Positions 9,472-18,945 of a stretch of DNA of 64,000 nucleotides are shown here, in pieces. This DNA comes from an uncultured Gemmataceae bacterium (GTDB lineage: Bacteria; Planctomycetota; Planctomycetia; Gemmatales; Gemmataceae). The notes under the pieces were generated by a model. The model was not told the DNA's origin. It worked only from the letters and a program-made list of their open reading frames with translations, and did not search any database. The position numbers and the translations under genes were made by a program. The stretch lies in NCBI GenBank assembly GCA_963750165.1, contig CAVVPN010000012.1, forward strand, positions 288,001 to 352,000, given 5' to 3'. Numbering within the stretch: the stretch's first letter is position 1; each line of letters begins with the position of its first letter.

Positions 9472-9790
9472 GCAGTGGTCCCATTTCCACACCGACTCCC
9501 TTCTATTTTTCTTATCACAAAACCATTCGTTTGTATGCTTTTAGCGAGCACAAGTCTAGGTCAGTAGGACATTTCTGTCGAATACGCGAACTGGAGGTGC
9601 TGACGATCGACGGCGCACGGTTGCACGAGGCCGCCAAGCCGATCAAGGACGGCAAGGTGCTGTTCAACGAGGAGTGGAAAATGGGGACGCTTCTCGCAAC
9701 CATCCGGCGACAAAGACAAAGCGTCATAAATCGCCCACGCCGCCCTGTGCTGCTTTGTGGTCAGGCCAAGGCTCAAGTGGCACATGACAG

Positions 9791-9900
9791 GGGCTCCCGC
9801 GCACGATGAACCCCTTGAGCCTCTTGCTCGGCGTGGCAGCGGCAGCCCCGGCCCGGCACTCGCTCCTTGCCCCCCGCTGGCACGCCGCCGGCGTGAGCGT
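9791..9900. repeat. 110-bp direct repeat, left of the VapBC module
   Basis: 104/110 identical to 10761-10870 by manual count. Confidence 0.88.
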
Positions 9901-10081
9901 CTTGAGCGCCTTGCGCAGACCGGCACCACCGGACACCGCCTTCGGCCGTTTCTCGGGGCCTGCGGTCTCAAACTCCGTCATACCCCGATCCTTTACACAC
10001 AACGAACGCAAGAAAACGCTCCTTCCTGTTGTCGCCGATGGTTACAATAACCCCACGGACAAACGCAAAGGAGCAGGACCC

Positions 10082-10291
10082 ATGCCTGAAACCACTCTCG
10101 AACAGCGAATGACGGTGCTGGAACAAACCGTGCGCGAACTGCAAGCGGCGCTCCACGCACGCCAGCCGGCCCCGGATTGGCTGGACCGCGTGATCGGTTC
10201 CATGAAGGACGAACCGGCCTTTGACGAAGTGCTGGCGCTCGGCCGCGCCATCCGCCAAGCAGACCAACCGGCCGAGGTTCCAATGCCATGA
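10082..10291 (+). CDS. Small antitoxin, partner of the PIN toxin
   Basis: AAGGAG RBS; MPETTLEQRMTVLEQ...GSMKDEPAFDEVLALGRAIR; ATGA overlap with the PIN gene. Confidence 0.8.
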   Translation: MPETTLEQRMTVLEQTVRELQAALHARQPAPDWLDRVIGSMKDEPAFDEVLALGRAIRQADQPAEVPMP

Positions 10292-10716
10292 AGTTCCTCC
10301 TGGATACCGATCACATCAGTATCCTGCAAAAGCAATCGGGCTCGGAGTACGCCGCGTTGATGGCACGCATCGCCCAGGTGCGGCGTACCGATTTGGCATG
10401 CTGTATCGTCAGTTTTCACGAACAAGTCCTCGGCTGCAATGCGTATCTCGCGCAAGTCAGGACCTCTGCCGATGTCGAGCGCGGCTATCGGATGTTTGAT
10501 CGCGTACTGTCGGCGTTCGCGGCGGCGCAGGTGTTGCCCTTCGACGGCCAGGCCGCGCTGGTTTTCGACGGCCTGGTGGCGCAACGGGTGCGCATCGCGA
10601 CCATGGACCTACGCATTGCCGCCATTGCGTTGAGCCAGGGATTGACCGTGTTGACACGCAATGCACGCGATTTCGGCAAAGTTCCCGGATTGGTCATCGA
10701 CGATTGGACGATTTGA
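10288..10716 (+). CDS. vapC: VapC-family PIN ribonuclease toxin
   Basis: FLLDTDH, MDLRIAAIAL, VLTRNARDF...GLVIDDW. Confidence 0.93.
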   Translation: MKFLLDTDHISILQKQSGSEYAALMARIAQVRRTDLACCIVSFHEQVLGCNAYLAQVRTSADVERGYRMFDRVLSAFAAAQVLPFDGQAALVFDGLVAQRVRIATMDLRIAAIALSQGLTVLTRNARDFGKVPGLVIDDWTI

Positions 10717-10760
10717 CTAGCGTGCGGTTCGCGGTGGTCAAGGCAAGGCGCTCAATGCCG

Positions 10761-10870
10761 GGGCCCCCGTGCACGATGAACCCCTTGAACCCCTTGCTCG
10801 GCGTGGCAGCGGCAGCCCCGGCCCGGCACTCGCTCCTTGCCGCCCGCTGGCACGCCGCTGGCGTGAGCGT
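10761..10870. repeat. 110-bp direct repeat, right of the VapBC module
   Basis: Second copy of 9791-9900. Confidence 0.88.
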
Positions 10871-11048
10871 GCTGCACAAACCCGAGGGCGTGTTGCTGCC
10901 GAACTGGCAGATCGCGCTGCGCCACCAGTTCCGGCCGCGAGCAGCCGCCAGCACCACCTTGACGGAGCGTATTGTTCCTGTCGCGCCGCCCGGTATCCTG
11001 AACCACAGCGCGTGACGGCGGTGAACCGATTCCCTGGGCGGAAGATCG

Positions 11049-11270
11049 ATGGCTGTTCTGGATCACTGGCACCCGATGTTGCCGAGCAACAAACTGCGGC
11101 GCGCGCCGGTCGGCGTCCGCCTGGGCGGCGCGGACCTGGTGCTGTTCCGCGGCGCGGGCGGACAGGCCGGCGCCCTGGACGACGTGTGCCCGCTGCTGGT
11201 GTTCACGGTGCGCGGGGTGGAGCAGTACGTCGTCACCCCGGCGGCCGCGGTCCAGCTGCCGCCGGGGTGA
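11049..11270 (+). pseudogene. Truncated Rieske 2Fe-2S oxygenase N-terminus fused to unrelated sequence
   Basis: DHWHP...PVGVRLGGADLVLFR...ALDDVCP stops matching just before the CxH histidine. Confidence 0.7.
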
Positions 11271-11277
11271 CGGCCGA

Positions 11278-12382
11278 TCAGAAGCCGGGGCCGCCTTGCG
11301 CGTCGGCGAAGTTGACGGTGGTGGTGGTGCCGGCGGCCACGGTGAGGGTGACCGAGCCGGGCGTCTCGAAGTTGTCGCCCGGCGGCGCCGTCTGCACGAC
11401 GGTGTAGGTGCCGGCCGCCAGCCACGTGAACTGGTAGTTGCCGTACTGGTCGGTCGCCGTCATGGCGACCAGCTGGCCGGTGCTGTTGTACAGCGACACG
11501 GTCACGCCCGGCAGCAGCGTGTCGGTGGCCGCCTCGTAGGAGCCGTCCCCGTCGTTGTCCTGGTAGACGAACCCCGAGATCGTCGTCGAGGGCGGGCTGA
11601 ACGGCAGCTGGTTGACGTCGGGCGCCCGAGAGCATCACGATGCTCTTGCCGCCGATGATCTCGCCGTTGAAGGTGCCGTCCAGGTTGAAGCTGTAATTCG
11701 GGGCCAGCAGCGTGCCGTTGAAGACGTTGCCGACCTTGGAGTTGATGGTGCCGCCGGCGCCGGTGAAGTTGTAGAGCACGTGGTCAGCCGTCACCGCGCC
11801 GCCCAGCCCCAGCACCGAACTGGCGGTGAAGGTGAGCGTGCCGGTGACGTTGACGACGAAGATGTCGCTGGCGGTGCCGCTGAGGGTCAGCGACGCCGTG
11901 AGGTCGCCGTTGACGGCGAGGACGTTGAGGCCGCCGTTGCCGGTCACGGTCGTCGGGCTGCCCACCGTGCCCAGCGTCTGCGTCGGCGTCAGCGCCGCCG
12001 CCTGGGACGCGGCCATCAGCGCGTCCGCGTCGTTCTGCGCCAGCAGGCCCGGGTTGACCACGACGCCGCCGCCCAGCTTGCCCGGCCCGGAGTACTGGCT
12101 GGCCGAGTAGACGACGGCGTTGCCCTTGATGGTCGAGGGGGCCGCGTTCGACAGGCTGCCGCCCTGGGAAACGCCCTCGTCGCCGGTGATGGTGACGTTA
12201 CTGTTGTTGATCGCGGTGTTTTGCAGCCCGAGCACGTCGTAGTTGGCGGCCGTGCCGAGGGTGACGGCCGGCACGCAGCGGACCTCCAGGCCGTCCACGA
12301 GGGGCCGGAAGCGGTTGGGGTGTGCGGAAACCCGTTGGCGTTGCTTGGGGCGAGCGCGCAGGAGGGACCTCAGCCAGTTCAT
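11278..12382 (-). CDS. Secreted protein: planctomycete extracellular motif, ice-binding/choice-of-anchor-like beta-helix, SdrD-B-like domain (one frameshift near 11625)
   Basis: GLEVRCVPA motif; LGTAANYDVLG, VLYNFTG, GTLLAP; C-terminal SGFVYQDNDGDG...GVTVSLY...TDQYGNYQF...LAAGTY in the shifted frame. Confidence 0.75.
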
Positions 12383-12656
12383 GGAAGGACTCCAGGGTGG
12401 GAAGGGAGTGCCGGCGTCGGGGAGGAGGGCCGCACAACCACAGGCACCGGGCCGGTGCGGGGCAGGGAGGTAGGAGGGGGCAATGCACCGCGCATTGCTA
12501 TAGCTATGTAGGGCAATTTTCTGGGCTTGTCAAATAAAGACGTAAAAAGTGCTAAAAAGACTGCTCGGTCCTGCTGGAGCCTGGTGCCCGGTTGCCCTGT
12601 CCAGTGCGTCATCACCCGGGCGGCAGCTCCACCGCTGCCGCCCGGGTGACGGCCGC

Positions 12657-13703
12657 TCACGAGCCGGGGCTTGACATGTAGGCGAAGTCCTCAGTAGCGG
12701 TGGCGCCGGCCGCCACGATGAAGTTGACCGAGCCGGGCGTCTCGCTATTGTCGCCCGCCGGCGCGGCCGTCACGACGGTGTAGGTGCCGGCCGCCAGCCC
12801 CGAGAACTGGTAGTCGCCGGACTGGCCGGTCATCGTCGTGGTGACCAGCTGGCCGGCGCTGTTGTACAGCGACACGGTCACGCCCTGCAGCAGCGTGTCG
12901 GTGCCCTGCTCGTAGGCGCCGTCCATGTCGTTGTCCTGATAGACGAACCCCGAGACCGTTGCCGAGGGCGGCACGTAAATGTCGGGCGTCACCGAGCCGG
13001 TGGCGCTGTACGAGCCGGTCCAGTTCGAGCCGCCGCCGCCGCGGGCGCCGCCCAGGACGAAGGACTTGTCGGTTTCCGGCGTGCCGGCGTGGTCGGAATT
13101 CGCGTTCGGGCCGAAGTGGTTGTCGTCCACCGCCTTGACGTTCAGGGCGGTGTAGTCGGTGCTGAACTGGGAGTAGATGGCGGCGGCCCACTGCCAGCTC
13201 GACGCTGACGCCGGGCGCACTCGCCTGGAAGTTCGCGTGCCAGGTGACCGGGCTGATGCCGCCGGGCAGCCCGTTGGGGGCCGGCAGCGCCACGCCGGCG
13301 AGGAAGGCGTCGCCGCTGAACCGAGCCGGCTCGCTGACCTGCCAGGTGTTGGAGCCGGTGTCGAAGGCGGCGGTCGCCTGGGTGGCGCCGGGCGTGAAGG
13401 TGATGGCGGAGTCGGGCACCGGCACGGTGGAATCGGTGCCGCCGGCCGAGAAGGTCACCGAGGCGTTGGTGACGTGCAGGGTCACCGGGGCGCTGCCCAG
13501 GCCGCTGACCTTGGCGACACTGCTGAACCAGACCGTGGCGCCGGCCGGGATGGCGGTGCCGTTGAAGTTGGAGACGATGCTGCTGGCCGACGGCTGCAGG
13601 CGGTCCTCCAGGAGTTCGACGGTCGGCGGGCGGTGGGCGGGGTGGCGCGGGGTTCCCTGACGCCGCGGCGCGCGGCGCGCGGTAGCAACGAAAGCCAGTT
13701 CAT
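12657..13703 (-). CDS. Secreted protein with LEDRLQPS motif and SdrD-B-like C-terminal domain (two frameshifts)
   Basis: MNWL start like its paralog; pieces in ORFs 13482-13703, 12745-13818 and 12657-13220; C-terminal domain near-duplicate of the neighbouring gene. Confidence 0.72.
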
Positions 13704-14002
13704 GGAAAGCCTCTTCTGAGGTCGAGGTAAAACGGCCTGAGGGGAAGGCGGCGTGATAATGGGTCTTGGCCGACGGGTGGGGCGCCCTTCGCACTGCCTG
13801 AAATCCTATAGGCCACATTTCCGGTCAAGTCAAATGCCCATCGCTTGTGTCCTGGTTTCCTCAGCGAAGCGGCGGGAACTGCGGCAGGTAGGTGCCGCGA
13901 GAGCGGTTCGCACGCGGATCGCGCACGCGGTGGGACGGCGGGCACAGCTTGACCAGCAGGGGCCTGCGCTGTCGCAGCAAGGGGGCCAAGGAGGCCAAGG
14001 GG

Positions 14003-14544
14003 GCCAACTTTTTCATACGTCGAGATGCGGCGCCTGGCAGCGCCGGCCTGCCGTTTGTGGGCCACGCGACTGCGAACCGCGCTGGAGCACCCCGGCCTAC
14101 TGCCTGGAAGTCAGGGACTCCCAGTCGGCCGAAATCGCCACCAATGGTCCCCTGGTTGGCGTTAGCGGTTCCACAGGCGATACGTTTGCGACGGCAATGG
14201 GCAGACCTCGAACCGGCTAACTCCACCTCTGCGGTTACCGTACCTGGACCAATCGGGCGCGTCAACCCGGCGAACCCCCTCCCGCCCTGAGCGACAGCAG
14301 GTACAGCCGCAGCCCCACGCTGGTGGTCTGGATGCGTGGTCCGCGCTGTGTTCCTCTCGACGTGCGTGATGGATCATCTGCCCGCAAGTGATGACTTGGT
14401 CTCCTGACCGAGCCACGCGGCCCGACCGAAGGTCTCCTCCGGGATGCCGGGGAGACCTTCGGTCGGGCACGGTGACACGGTCGGGAGACCGTGCCACAAT
14501 GGAGTAAATGAACCTGACCCCTTTCTCCTCTGCTTTCTCCTCTC
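14003..14544. repeat. ~540-bp direct repeat, copy B
   Basis: Aligns with 6012-6551. Confidence 0.88.
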
Positions 14545-14595
14545 GCCCCAGAGGAGGAGGCGGTGTTCGATCAGTCCTGCGTGCAGGATGAGCAT
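14545..14595 (-). pseudogene. 5' relic of the SNF2 gene
   Basis: MLILHAGLIEHRLLLWGE versus MLILQAGLIDGRFLLWGE at 5511. Confidence 0.8.
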
Positions 14596-14622
14596 GGAGG
14601 GTTCCTGTCCTCGGAGTCAAGA

Positions 14623-14855
14623 TCAATCCGCTGTGGCCCCCGGGGTCACTTCGTCTTCGGCCATCTCCGTGTACACTTCCTCGCCTGGGTTGAGTTCAAA
14701 CTTGACTCCGTACACTCTTCTGCCACCGATCCCCAGGCCGCCGCGGTCTTCGACCACTCTTGCCGTGACCCAACCGCTGCCAAAGGGAAAGGAGACGAGT
14801 CCCCGAGGTTGTAGCGTGGCGGAGGCGTTTTCCCATTGCCCTTGATCTTTGCCAT
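14623..14855 (-). CDS. Small SH3/KOW-like protein downstream of the HEPN gene (one-base indel near 14800)
   Basis: MAKIKGNGKTPPPRYNLGD / LVSFPFGSGWVTARVVEDRGGLGIGGRRVYGVKF; AAGGGAG RBS. Confidence 0.7.
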
Positions 14856-14866
14856 GACCGGCTCCC

Positions 14867-15445
14867 TTACCAGGGATAACCCCCTGTGACGGATTGTATG
14901 TATGTCCGGAGTACCCGATCCATGGATCGTGCCAGGCGGTCGCAGCCGCGGCGCCAGCGCCGTACCCTGGCCAGCTGCAGGACCGTGGTCCCACCAAGGA
15001 AGGCTGGGTCAAACAGCTGGTGGGCGATGGCATTCCTCCAGGTATTCAGTTCGTCCAGCCACCGCCTGCGCAAGTGGTTGTTCGCGAAGACGGTATCGAC
15101 CTGCCCCCAGAGGTTTTGCACCCCCAGCCGCCCGAAGTCACCGCCGATGGTTCCCTGGTTGGCATTTTTGCTGTCGAGTTGACGGTTCCACAAAAAGTCT
15201 TGCCGCGTCGTGTAGCGAAATCCTGGGTGGGGGATGACCGCCACCAACAGAAAAACCGCCTCCGTGTGCAGGTCGCGGCAAAAGCCCTGGAACTGCGACG
15301 CCAGCAGGACGGCATACATCCGGTTCACCTGCTGCGTGGCATTCCGGCCGCGCGCCGACCCACCGAGCAGCGCGTGGGCGGCCTCCAGATGATCCAGTTC
15401 CGTGGCCCGATCCCGGCTCCACAGGCGATACGCTTGCGACGGCAA
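14867..15445 (-). CDS. HEPN-domain ribonuclease (RiboL-PSP-HEPN-like)
   Basis: VLLASQFQGFCRDL and RxxxxH motif WRNAIAH; TTG start (LPSQA) after GAGGG. Confidence 0.8.
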   Translation of the reverse strand: MPSQAYRLWSRDRATELDHLEAAHALLGGSARGRNATQQVNRMYAVLLASQFQGFCRDLHTEAVFLLVAVIPHPGFRYTTRQDFLWNRQLDSKNANQGTIGGDFGRLGVQNLWGQVDTVFANNHLRRRWLDELNTWRNAIAHQLFDPAFLGGTTVLQLARVRRWRRGCDRLARSMDRVLRTYIQSVTGGYPW

Positions 15446-15661
15446 CAGGCAGCCCTCAACGGTTCCATCCTCCGCCAAAGACAGCGTAGCCAACGAAATG
15501 GCGTCGTGTCAACGCCCGGCGCCCTGCGTTCGCGGACTGGAGGGGACTGCAACGCTTCTGACGGCGGCGGACCGCGAACGCAGGGCACCCGGCGGTACAC
15601 TTGATCCGTATTTGCCTCGCGAATCATGGGTTAGCAGCAACGTCCCCGTTTTTCATTTTTC

Positions 15662-15935
15662 CTGACCGTCACGGAATTTGGGGCGGATGACTCTTCGCCT
15701 TGGGTCTTTACGCCGAAGGCGTTGCATCCCAAAGCCCAGGGTCGCGCAGCGCACCCTGGGAACCGAGCGCCCGTGGTGAACGTCTACGCCGAAGGCGTTG
15801 CATCCAGGTGATCCAACCCCTTCGGGGTAAATTCCTTACGGTTGTTTGCGGTTCCCAGGGTGCGCTGCGCGACCCTGGGCTTTGGGATGCAACGCCTTCG
15901 GCGTAAAGACCCGCCCCAAAATCCGTGACGGTCAG
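15662..15935. mobile_element. 274-bp MITE, copy 1, with 8-bp target duplication
   Basis: TIR ctgaccgtcacggaatttggggcgg / ccgccccaaaatccgtgacggtcag; catttttc at 15654-15661 and 15936-15943; long internal palindrome. Confidence 0.92.
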
Positions 15936-15948
15936 CATTTTTCCGCAC

Positions 15949-16059
15949 GTCGTCACCTGTTGCAAGAGCTGCAACCGCAAGAAGAACAACGACAGCATGC
16001 GCCAATTCCTGGCGTGGGCCAGGCGCATCGCCAGGCACCGGGGCTGGATCAAGAGGTAG
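15949..16059 (+). pseudogene. C-terminal fragment of an HNH-type protein
   Basis: VVTCCKSCNRKKNNDSMRQFLAWARRIA*, a CxxCNxxK motif with no 5' part. Confidence 0.55.
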
Positions 16060-16300
16060 GGCCACCGGGTGCCGAACAGGCTCAGGACGAATGGCGGACG
16101 CGGACCGACTTCCGGGGAACCAGGAACGGAGGGACCGATGAAGGAGTTGCGCCTGGGCAAGGGGCAGGTGTACCCGGTCAGCGACGAGGATTTTGAACTG
16201 GCGGCCCGCTCCTGTGGCGGGTGCGGCGCGGTTACGCCGTGGTGCCGCAGCGTGCGTCAATTCCTGGCGTGGGCCAGGTGCGACAGAAAATAGAAAAGGC

Positions 16301-16339
16301 TTGACAACTGCCCCATGTTTACCTAAATTAGTGAACATG
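16301..16339 (+). promoter_or_regulatory. Sigma70 promoter with overlapping operator; probably a leaderless transcript
   Basis: TTGACA (16301) - 17 bp - TAAATT (16324); ATG at 16337; inverted repeat catgtttac...gtgaacatg spans the -10 box. Confidence 0.75.
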
Positions 16340-16666
16340 ATCGTCACGTCGTTCGCCAGAGAGGTGAAACGACTTCGCGCCGAGCGCGGCTTCACGATTC
16401 GAGATTTAGCAGCCGCGACGGGGAAAAGCGTTGCCTACCTGGCAAAAATTGAAGTTCAGGGGGAAATCCCTGCACCTGAGTTCATCTGTGAATTGTGCCG
16501 TGTGCTAGGTGCAAACCCTGTTGACATGCTTCGGTTGGCTAAAGAAACCAAACTGTCAGCGGTTTCAAGACAAATTGACCGAGAGCATGAACGTGCATTG
16601 ATTGCTTACAGCCAGTCCGAACTATGCAACTCCGCTGAACATCAACGTGAGAAAGGGGACATTAAA
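16337..16666 (+). CDS. XRE-family HTH regulator, in frame with the downstream ParA as assembled
   Basis: FAREVKRLRAERGFTIRDLAAATGKSVAYLAKIE; no stop before the ParA ATG. Confidence 0.75.
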
Positions 16667-17526
16667 ATGGCTACTGTTCTGAGCATGATCAACATGAAGG
16701 GTGGGGTGGGGAAGACGACGTTGGCGATGCACCTCGCTCACGCGGCAGACAAGATGAATCTGCGGACGCTTGCAGTTGATCTCGACCCGCAGTCCAATCT
16801 GAGCCAGGCACTCATGGGGCCGAAAGCTTATGTTGATTATCTGGCGAAGAACAAGCCAACGGTCGTCAAGATTTTTGATGAATTGGTACCGACTCATTCC
16901 GCCAGCGATTCCCCACATTTGCTTGACACCAATAATGTTGTGGTGAAAAAGGCGGGTTATTGGGGTGACAGCACCCTCGACTTGATCCCGAGCCGACTGG
17001 AACTCTCTAGAACGCTGAAGAACCCAGCGCAGAAGGAGCGACGATTGGCGAAGGCACTCACCCAGGTTCGCGATCTGTACGATCTCGTGATTATCGACTG
17101 CGCCCGACCGAATCGGTACTGACCGATGCGGCGTATTTCGCGAGTCGTTACGTTGTTGTTCCGATCAAGCCAGAGTTTATGGCCACCATCGGATTGCCCC
17201 TGCTTGCTCGGTCTCTTCAGGATTTCCGGATCGAGAACGAAGACCATCAGATTGAGATCGCCGGCTTGGTTTTCAACCATTCGTCGAGCTATTCCAGCGG
17301 CCCTGAAGGCCAGCATTCGATCAAGGACGTTACCAAAGTGGCCACTGAGAATGGTTGGCACATCTGTGAAAATCAACTGAGGTACTCGGCCTCTTACGCG
17401 AAATCGGCACGTGAGCGAACTCCGCTTTCGCGGACGAGTTACGCGCGAGGTGATGTGGTCCAAGGGTTCCGCCGCTTGGCGGATGAAATTTTCACTCTCA
17501 TCGGCATTGCAGAGGTGACGGCGTGA
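16667..17526 (+). CDS. ParA/Soj-family ATPase (frameshift near 17103)
   Basis: NMKGGVGKTT, VDLDPQSN, YDLVIIDCAP(TESVLT); own AAAGGGG RBS; one C missing in a C run. Confidence 0.88.
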
Positions 17527-18043
17527 ATGACGCTCTCCTTGAACTCGAACTTCGATTGCTGATCCTGAAGTACGGTCACCAAAAATTGATCCAAGTCTTA
17601 GCCCGTCTTGGAGATCAGACACATGAGGAACTGGAACAGCGTCTCAGAGAGGCGGAGGAGAAGCGACGAACTAAGCGCCCAAAACCCTCGATTATAGACG
17701 TGGTGGCTTCCGAGTGCCGCGATCATCCCGACATTGAGGAACCTCTTCGGTTGCTCGCTGTCGGCTTCCAAAATCGTACGTTTCTTCCAAACCTTCGTGA
17801 TGTACAACGTTTTCTCGAACGGACTAACTCGAAACCTGGCAAATTGAAATCACGCGAGGCGGCTATTCCAGTGCTTTTTCGTTCGCTCGGCAAGTTAACC
17901 CGTGACGAATTGCTTGACCTTGCCCAAAAGAACGATGTTTCCGGTGACAGTGATTTTGCAATACTGCGCGAGAGATCATGAAAGCGCGGGGAGGGAACAG
18001 GCCGAGGCCGTTGAGACCCGACGATAAACCGAGAAAGAGTTGA
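17523..18043 (+). CDS. Hypothetical helical protein coupled to ParA
   Basis: GTGA overlap with the ParA stop; ends at 17981 as assembled, or 18043 if a 1-nt deletion near 17965 is an error. Confidence 0.65.
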
Positions 18044-18101
18044 TCGACTGTAACCGGAAAACGAACACTGACCATTCTACGGCAACATAATTGGCGGTAC
18101 A

Positions 18102-18136
18102 AAAGGAAAAGGGGACATGAATGCCCCTTTTCCTTT
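18102..18136. terminator. Hairpin between convergent operons
   Basis: aaaggaaaagggg-acatgaatg-ccccttttccttt. Confidence 0.6.
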
Positions 18137-18146
18137 CCGAAGATAT

Positions 18147-18701
18147 TCAGGGGAGGCCAATTCGTGACAGGAAACTTGCGAACCTCTGTGAAATATCCTC
18201 GCGGTACAAGTCGCCGACCTTGCAAACGAACTGTTTTCGCTTCAGCTTTTTTAGATAGTTTGTGTTCACGGAAAAATAGTGCTTGAAGTCGATAACTGAA
18301 GGAACGACCGAGATCTCGTCAGGAAACGAGAGGTAATGAAATCGAGGCGTCTCGTTCTTTCGGAGGTTTTCTCCCGGTGATTTTTTACTGTTGATCTCCA
18401 TCATTTTCATGGAGAGTTCGCTGAGGTGCTGCCCCAGATAGACATGCTCGGCGTTGTACAGTGGTGCCACTAACACGGAAAACAGCAACTTGTCCTTGCT
18501 TGCTGCATTTTCGCCAGCTTTACGGACTTTCGAGTCTTGTTCGAGGTCGCAGTCTTGGGTGAGAACAATCACAAGCGGGAAAACGATCTTCGAGATCTCG
18601 AAGTTCCCCTTCGACTCAATCGCGTATTCGATAAATTCCACGTCACGGAATATGTCACCCTGGCATATCCGGTTTTCGCATTTTTTCCTAACTTTAATCA
18701 T
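18147..18701 (-). CDS. Hypothetical protein with a TQDCDL motif, MazF/PemK-like pattern
   Basis: QGDIF...VIVLTQDCDL...VLVAPL...VIDF...YREDISQRFASFLSRIGLP. Confidence 0.75.
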   Translation of the reverse strand: MIKVRKKCENRICQGDIFRDVEFIEYAIESKGNFEISKIVFPLVIVLTQDCDLEQDSKVRKAGENAASKDKLLFSVLVAPLYNAEHVYLGQHLSELSMKMMEINSKKSPGENLRKNETPRFHYLSFPDEISVVPSVIDFKHYFSVNTNYLKKLKRKQFVCKVGDLYREDISQRFASFLSRIGLP

Positions 18702-18945
18702 TGATGATCTTCGCCTTGATCACGACGCGCCTAGGTTTCCCGGTGCCGTACTTGACGATTTCCTTCTCGACCAACTCTTCAAATTTCACAACCGCTATCT
18801 TCGGTGTCACCTGCCCTGCCCGCTCCGGCTCCGTTGCCTGGGTTCGATCCCCCTGTTCGTCCTGCTTCCGTTCTGGCACCGTCGATTGCGTTCGCTCCCC
18901 TTGCTCGTATTGAGGGGAGAAAATGCCTTCCTGTTCAGCCACCAT
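18694..18945 (-). CDS. Small hypothetical protein with a disordered N-terminal half
   Basis: 83 aa, overlaps both neighbours; repeated QGERTQST / QGDRTQAT. Confidence 0.6.
   Translation of the reverse strand: MVAEQEGIFSPQYEQGERTQSTVPERKQDEQGDRTQATEPERAGQVTPKIAVVKFEELVEKEIVKYGTGKPRRVVIKAKIIND

Noticed and set aside
15949..16293. DGR-like template/variable repeat (caattcctggcgtgggccagg twice)
   Set aside because: Only ~21 bp, no adenine-specific mismatches and no reverse transcriptase; looks like decayed HNH gene relics.
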